Position numbers and translations under genes: made by a program. Below the pieces are notes generated by a model that ran no database searches, was not told the DNA's origin, and worked only from the letters and a program-made list of their open reading frames with translations. This document shows, one piece after another, positions 6,089 to 10,741 of a stretch of DNA of 10,741 nucleotides; the stretch's first letter is position 1, and each line of letters starts with the position of its first letter. Source of the DNA: an uncultured Nitrososphaerota archaeon (GTDB lineage Archaea > Korarchaeota > Korarchaeia > Korarchaeales > Korarchaeaceae); NCBI GenBank assembly GCA_964618805.1, contig CAZUBM010000040.1, positions 1 to 10,741 on the forward strand, in the 5' to 3' direction.

Positions 6089-6979
6089 ATGAGCTTTTTC
6101 AAAGTTTTTGGGAAGAAGGGGGAAAAGGAGGGAGAGGAAGTGGTAACCAAAAAGCTGAGGCCATCCCTGGATGCAAACTTAGCAATAGAATTCGTTAAGA
6201 AAAACTCTGACGAGGAACAAAAGGAGAGGCTTGAATGCATCTTAACCGGAAAAAAGGCCAGCGAGGAAATACTGACTTCCTTTCTGGAGATACAAAATCC
6301 AGATGGGGGCTTTCCATATGGCTTTGAGAGAGGAAAGCCAAGCAGCATAATGGATACTTTGTTGGCTCTAGTAAGGTTGGAGGAGTACAATTCCCTAGAT
6401 CATGAGAGCGTTGGCAGGATAACTCGCTTTCTTTTTTCAATCCAAAATAGTGATGGCAGTTGGGAAGAGCCAGCCATCATAGAGCAGTTCAACCCTCCAT
6501 TCTGGATGAAACCAGGAGACCTGAAAGCTAGGGTACTTACTACAGCATATACTTCCTTCTGGCTAGCAAAACTCAATTACATAGAGAGGGACGAATTGCA
6601 TGACGCTATGGACTTTTTAATGAGGTTTGTCCATCCAGACGGGCACTTTTACGGATTCCTCCATACAAATTGGGTTGGAGCCTCCTTTTTAGCTATGATG
6701 CTAGGAAAGGATCATTGGGCTGTGAGAGGAGCCCTTTCCTACTTAAGAGACGTGCCAGCAGATTCGTGGGCTCCCTCTCAACTAGCATGGCTTCTCTGGA
6801 GCCTTATAAGTGCTGGATTTAGCTCAAAAGATCCAGACGTAAAGTACTTTCTCGCAATTCTTAACAAAAAACAGTGGGAAGACGGCTCCTTTGAGCCGGA
6901 GAACAAGGGAAGAGAGGTAGAGACCACAATTGAGATAATTAAAACGTTGAAGCTTCTTGGTTTAATTGGTAAGACCTAA
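6089..6979 (+). CDS. Prenyltransferase/squalene oxidase (QW-like) repeat protein, single alpha/alpha barrel, function unknown
   Basis: Repeats QNPDGGF, QNSDGSW, VHPDGHF and QWEDGSF separated by amphipathic helices. ATG 6089 is the preferred start; GTG 6140 after GGAG is an alternative; TTG 5987 is less likely. Confidence 0.85.
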   Translation: MSFFKVFGKKGEKEGEEVVTKKLRPSLDANLAIEFVKKNSDEEQKERLECILTGKKASEEILTSFLEIQNPDGGFPYGFERGKPSSIMDTLLALVRLEEYNSLDHESVGRITRFLFSIQNSDGSWEEPAIIEQFNPPFWMKPGDLKARVLTTAYTSFWLAKLNYIERDELHDAMDFLMRFVHPDGHFYGFLHTNWVGASFLAMMLGKDHWAVRGALSYLRDVPADSWAPSQLAWLLWSLISAGFSSKDPDVKYFLAILNKKQWEDGSFEPENKGREVETTIEIIKTLKLLGLIGKT

Positions 6980-7476
6980 ATTTCAACGATTTCTGCTTCT
7001 AAGTTCTCTAAATCAACTAGTGCAACGGTTTTCCTTTTTGTAAGTTTTCCGCAGGCTTCTCCTGGATTAACTAGGAGCGACTTTCTCTTTTCTACGACAG
7101 GTGAGTGAGTATGTCCGAAGAGTATGACATCATACTCTCCACTGTCCGCTAAGAGCCTTGCAATCTTCTCGGTGAGAGACAAGCTACCAAATCCATGAAA
7201 TGCGAGAAGATCTCTGCCTGAAAGACTGAGTTCAACAGGAGCCGTGTGAACTCTTAATCCAAGCTCTATCCCTAGCTTTGCCACAAGCGCTTCCCCCTCA
7301 TTATTCCCCCAGAGAAGGTCCACCCTGCCCTCCCATTTTGCAAGCTCTCTAAGTGCGAATGGAGAAATTAAATCTCCTAAGTGAATGATAGACTCTACCT
7401 TTTCCCTCGAGAAGGTTTCTAAAGCCGCTCTAATTGAATCTAAATCATCATGAGTGTCGGATACAACGCCTATCAT
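6976..7476 (-). CDS. Calcineurin-like metallophosphoesterase, YfcE/MJ0936/Vps29 family
   Basis: Complete motif set SDTHD, HLGD, GNNE, FHG, GHTH, NPGE. SD GGAGG at 7487-7483, 6 nt before the ATG. Confidence 0.93.
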   Translation of the reverse strand: MIGVVSDTHDDLDSIRAALETFSREKVESIIHLGDLISPFALRELAKWEGRVDLLWGNNEGEALVAKLGIELGLRVHTAPVELSLSGRDLLAFHGFGSLSLTEKIARLLADSGEYDVILFGHTHSPVVEKRKSLLVNPGEACGKLTKRKTVALVDLENLEAEIVEI

Positions 7477-7487
7477 TACATCCCTCC

Positions 7488-8294
7488 CTATCCCAATTCT
7501 AAATTTATGGGTGCTATTGGTGGCATTTCCCTTTTATGCTGACTCCTTTCATACATATCTAGAACCTTAAGGATCTTGCTCTCGCTAAGCCCTGTTTCCC
7601 TCGAAGTCTCTTTTATGGAGAGATTAAGATCAAAGAGAGCATGTAGGATGAGATCGATCTCCTCATATGGGATTCCCAATTCACTTTCTGCTAAATGTCC
7701 CTTCCAAAGCCTTGGAGAGCTTGGCTTTCGAGCTATTCTCTCAGGAATTCCCAGATAAAGGCCTAGCTGTCTAACTTGTGTCTTAAACAAGCCACCAATT
7801 GGCAAAAAATCGACTCCTCCATCCCCATATTTGGTAAAATAGCCTATAAGCAGCTCACTTCTATCTCCAGAGCCTGCTACGAGATAGTTTAACGAATTAG
7901 CGTAATAGTATAAAATCGTCATCCTTATCCTAGGCTTCAGATTACCTTCAGCTAACATATCTCTAGTCTTAGGGAGGACTTCTAAATATCTCCTAACTAT
8001 TGTAGAGATCTCAACCTCCTCCCATCTTATGCCAAGCTGGTTAACCAGGTCTATGGCATCATCTAAGTCCTCTTTGGGAGTAACACCTTCTTCTGGTAGC
8101 AACAAGCCTAGGACCTTCTTCTTTCCTAACGCTCGTACCATCAGAGCTGCCGTGGTGCTGGAGTCAACTCCTCCGCTTATTCCGAGAACTACACCTTTTG
8201 CTCCAGCTTTTCTTACAAATTCCTTAGTAAAATCACAGATAGATGTAGAAACTTTCTTTGAATCTATTCTTAGGGAATCTAAGGTTAGCATCAT
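7488..8294 (-). CDS. nadE: NH3-dependent NAD+ synthetase
   Basis: PP-loop SGGVDSS, GNLKPRIRM, DRSE, GYFTKYGDG, E.ELG..YEEID and SQHKR. No glutaminase domain. The true start may be the second ATG at 8291. Confidence 0.96.
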   Translation of the reverse strand: MMLTLDSLRIDSKKVSTSICDFTKEFVRKAGAKGVVLGISGGVDSSTTAALMVRALGKKKVLGLLLPEEGVTPKEDLDDAIDLVNQLGIRWEEVEISTIVRRYLEVLPKTRDMLAEGNLKPRIRMTILYYYANSLNYLVAGSGDRSELLIGYFTKYGDGGVDFLPIGGLFKTQVRQLGLYLGIPERIARKPSSPRLWKGHLAESELGIPYEEIDLILHALFDLNLSIKETSRETGLSESKILKVLDMYERSQHKREMPPIAPINLELG

Positions 8295-8313
8295 TCAAAT
8301 GCTTAGGTCGATG

Positions 8314-8324
8314 TTTAAAATCCA
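8314..8324 (-). promoter_or_regulatory. Putative internal TATA box for a leaderless nadE transcript
   Basis: TTTTAAA at 8320-8314 (minus strand) is centred about 26 nt upstream of ATG 8291. No SD is visible in the 30-bp gap. Confidence 0.5.
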
Positions 8325-9320
8325 TCACTCAGGAATGATGAATATAGGATTTGTAGGCTTGAACCTTATCCTAGAGGGAGGCCTACTCTGCCAGAAAATC
8401 TCTACTTCCTGGCCATCTATGACTACTATGAGCCTGTATCCAAGTCTAGAGAATGATATGGCTTTTACCTCCCCTTCAAGCCCTTTGTCAGAGGGCTCAA
8501 CCTCTTCCGGGTAGAAAGCAAGTAGAATCTCATCTTCATCTCTTCTAAGCTCTATCACCTGTTGCCTAACTCTATACTTGCAAGGAGCAACTTTCTTCAA
8601 TCTAAGAACGTTTGCTCCAAGAAATCTTGCTGCAAACTCACTTCTTGGATCTCTAACCACTTCCTGCGATGGACCCTCCCTGACAATCCTTCCCTCTCTC
8701 ATTATTGCCAGCTTATCTGCTATGGCTAAAGCTTCCGCTTGATCATGGGTGACATGGATTGCTGTGAAATTATGCTCATCGTGAAGTCTTCTGACCTCCC
8801 AGAGGAGCTGTTCCCTTAACCTTGCATCAAGAGCCCCAAATGGTTCATCCAAAAGCAATACAGAGGGATTTGGAGCTAAAGCCCTTGCTAGAGCCACTCT
8901 TTGCTGTTGACCTCCGGAAAGCTGGTGAGGATATCTTCTCTCAAGACCTTTTAGTCTAAGAAGCTTTATTAAGCCCATTGCGCGCTCCTTTGCCTCCTCA
9001 TGTTCATATCCCCTAGCAATGAGCCCAAAAGCTATGTTATCCAAAACAGTAAGGTGGGGGAATAGGGCTAGGTCCTGAAAAACCATGCCAACCTCCCTAT
9101 CTTTAGGCGGGAGATCGGTTACATCTCTGTCACCGAACAGGACTCTTCCGGAATCTGGGACCTCGAGACCAGCTATTATTCTCAACATAGTCGTCTTTCC
9201 GCAACCACTAGGTCCAACAACCGCAGTTATGCTTCCATCTGGAACCGTAAGGTTAACTTCATCGAGCGCTATAGTTCTGCCGAACCTCTTCTTCACACCA
9301 ATTAGCTTGACTTCGACCAT
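8325..9320 (-). CDS. ABC transporter ATP-binding protein (PotA/FbpC/ThiQ-like, with C-terminal TOBE-like region)
   Basis: Walker A GPSGCGKT, Q-loop MVFQD, signature LSGGQ, Walker B LLLDEP, H-loop VTHD. Starts 3 bp after the permease stop, with SD GGAG. Confidence 0.95.
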   Translation of the reverse strand: MVEVKLIGVKKRFGRTIALDEVNLTVPDGSITAVVGPSGCGKTTMLRIIAGLEVPDSGRVLFGDRDVTDLPPKDREVGMVFQDLALFPHLTVLDNIAFGLIARGYEHEEAKERAMGLIKLLRLKGLERRYPHQLSGGQQQRVALARALAPNPSVLLLDEPFGALDARLREQLLWEVRRLHDEHNFTAIHVTHDQAEALAIADKLAIMREGRIVREGPSQEVVRDPRSEFAARFLGANVLRLKKVAPCKYRVRQQVIELRRDEDEILLAFYPEEVEPSDKGLEGEVKAISFSRLGYRLIVVIDGQEVEIFWQSRPPSRIRFKPTNPIFIIPE

Positions 9321-9323
9321 GAC

Positions 9324-10741
9324 TCATCTCCTAGCCCATTTCATCCATCTCTCCACTAATCCCTGAAGACCTAGTAGAGCCCAGGTTAGGAGGCAGACGA
9401 TGACAGATATAGCTGTCGCTTCCTGAAATCTCCTTACACCAGAGTATTTTAAAGCGGCAACTGTTAAAGTCTGAGTCTCTGGAGTGGAGAGAAGAGCTAC
9501 GGCAGAGGTCTCAGAAATCGACATAGCAAAGGCATAAAAACCTCCTACAAGTATGGAGGGCAGTATAAGCGGTAAAAGAACCTTAAAAGTAGCGCCCAAT
9601 CTATCCAGACCTAAAGTCTCTGCAGCCTCCACAAACACAGGATCTATAGCGGAAGCACCAGCTTCCAAGCTTCTAAAGGCAAAAGGAGCCGAAATTAGGA
9701 AATGGCTGAAGGTTATGAGGATCCAACCTGGAACCTGAAACTTGCTACCGATGGAATAAAGGCCTAAAGCCAAGCTTATGGATGAGGTTCCTAATGGAAG
9801 GAGCGAAATCAGCATCCCGAGACTTTTAATCCTATGAGTAGATGATATCAGAAGACTAGCTGCAACTAAAGTGGTTAGTGAGGTCATTATAGCGAAGAAT
9901 AAGCTGTTTATCAGGGAGCTCAGAGGGGATGATCCTAAGGAGGGATCAAAAATCCTTGAAAGCACTTTAATGTAAACTCCTAGGGAAAACTCGTCAGTAA
10001 TTGGATTGAAAAGTGACCTGAAAGCTAGGTACACAACAGGATATAGTGCCAAGCAGGCCATGATGCAGTAATATGCTAGGAGAGCGATGTGGAATGGATC
10101 CTTTGGAATGCCCCTCCTTAACCTGGCCTCTTTGGACCTAGCTGCGGGCCATGATCTTAAAGCTATTATAGAAATGAGACCAGTCGCTGCAAGCTGAAGA
10201 ATCGCTGCTCCGGAAGCAAGTTTCCTATCAAGAAATACCTTATACAAGGAATATATTTCAACCTCTAAAGTCCTATAGCGGGGTCCTCCAAGGAGAAGGG
10301 GGATGGCGAAACTTGTGAAACAAAGGACAAATGTTAATGTAAATGAGTAGAGAATGCCCTTCATCACAAGTGGAAGCACTATAGCTTTGAGCTTAAGCCA
10401 ATAACTAGCTCCTAAGGTGTCAGCTGCCTCTTCTACGTCGGTGCTTATTGAGGCTAAGGTAGCTGAGAGAATTTGGGAGCACATACCGAAGTTGAAATAT
10501 GTGTGTGCTGCGATTATTGATGGCCATCCAGGAGGAACGATCCCCTTACGAGATAGAAGGAGAAATGAAAGAGCTACCGAAATTGTTGGCAGAGTAAAGG
10601 GCATAGTTACAACGGCTTTCAAGACTTTTCTACCATTGAAATCATATGTTGCATCAAGGTAGGCCATAGGTATAGCTAGAACTATGGAAAGAAGTGCGCT
10701 AGCAAAGGCCTGTGCAAATGAAAACTTAAAGGCCCTTCTTA
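9324..10741 (-). CDS. thiP: ABC transporter permease with two fused TM domains, ThiP/FbpB family, likely thiamine; 5'-truncated
   Basis: The frame stays open beyond 10667 to the window edge (RRAFKFSFAQAFASALLSIVLAIPMAY). Two EAA loops (EEAADTLGA, EAAETLGL) and ThiP-like motifs QAF.SALLS, PFTLPT, AHTYFN, FTSFAIPLLLGG...TLEVEIY. Substrate is an inference. Confidence 0.85.
   Translation of the reverse strand, partial: RRAFKFSFAQAFASALLSIVLAIPMAYLDATYDFNGRKVLKAVVTMPFTLPTISVALSFLLLSRKGIVPPGWPSIIAAHTYFNFGMCSQILSATLASISTDVEEAADTLGASYWLKLKAIVLPLVMKGILYSFTLTFVLCFTSFAIPLLLGGPRYRTLEVEIYSLYKVFLDRKLASGAAILQLAATGLISIIALRSWPAARSKEARLRRGIPKDPFHIALLAYYCIMACLALYPVVYLAFRSLFNPITDEFSLGVYIKVLSRIFDPSLGSSPLSSLINSLFFAIMTSLTTLVAASLLISSTHRIKSLGMLISLLPLGTSSISLALGLYSIGSKFQVPGWILITFSHFLISAPFAFRSLEAGASAIDPVFVEAAETLGLDRLGATFKVLLPLILPSILVGGFYAFAMSISETSAVALLSTPETQTLTVAALKYSGVRRFQEATAISVIVCLLTWALLGLQGLVERWMKWARR

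Noticed and set aside
6976-6979. 4-bp overlap of convergent stop codons
   Set aside because: Common in compact archaeal genomes.
7474-7481. ATG-TAA-TG start-stop mini-ORF overlapping the phosphoesterase start
   Set aside because: SD spacing fits the real ATG (6 nt), not the upstream one (1 nt).
6052-10662. Antisense ORFs at 6052, 6195, 7576, 8029, 9085, 9553 and 10417
   Set aside because: All lie opposite strongly supported genes and lack recognisable motifs.

Overview
Gene-dense archaeal chromosome segment, probably from a thermophilic TACK/Thermoproteota-type organism. That placement is inferred from AGA/AGG and ATA codon use, TATA-like boxes, GGAGG/GGTGA Shine-Dalgarno sites and the gene families. 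The left end (1-1354, + strand, somewhat more AT-rich) holds the 3' part of a probable exported protein gene, a two-TM winged-helix regulator and an N-terminally truncated ferritin/rubrerythrin-like ORF. Next come a 1030-aa MrfA/Hrq1/SftH-type SF2 helicase, uppP/bacA and a YbjN-like protein (all - strand), then a divergent QW-repeat alpha/alpha-barrel protein (+ strand). The right end is a - strand run of thiP-like ABC permease (5' truncated), ABC ATPase, nadE and a YfcE/MJ0936-type metallophosphoesterase. I found no rRNA, tRNA, CRISPR array or mobile element. The most notable object is the helicase: it has a DEFD motif II, no recognisable Cys4 zinc site, and a C-terminal domain resembling a catalytically degenerate MrfB/YprB exonuclease. 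All family assignments are by motif recognition only; no searches were run.
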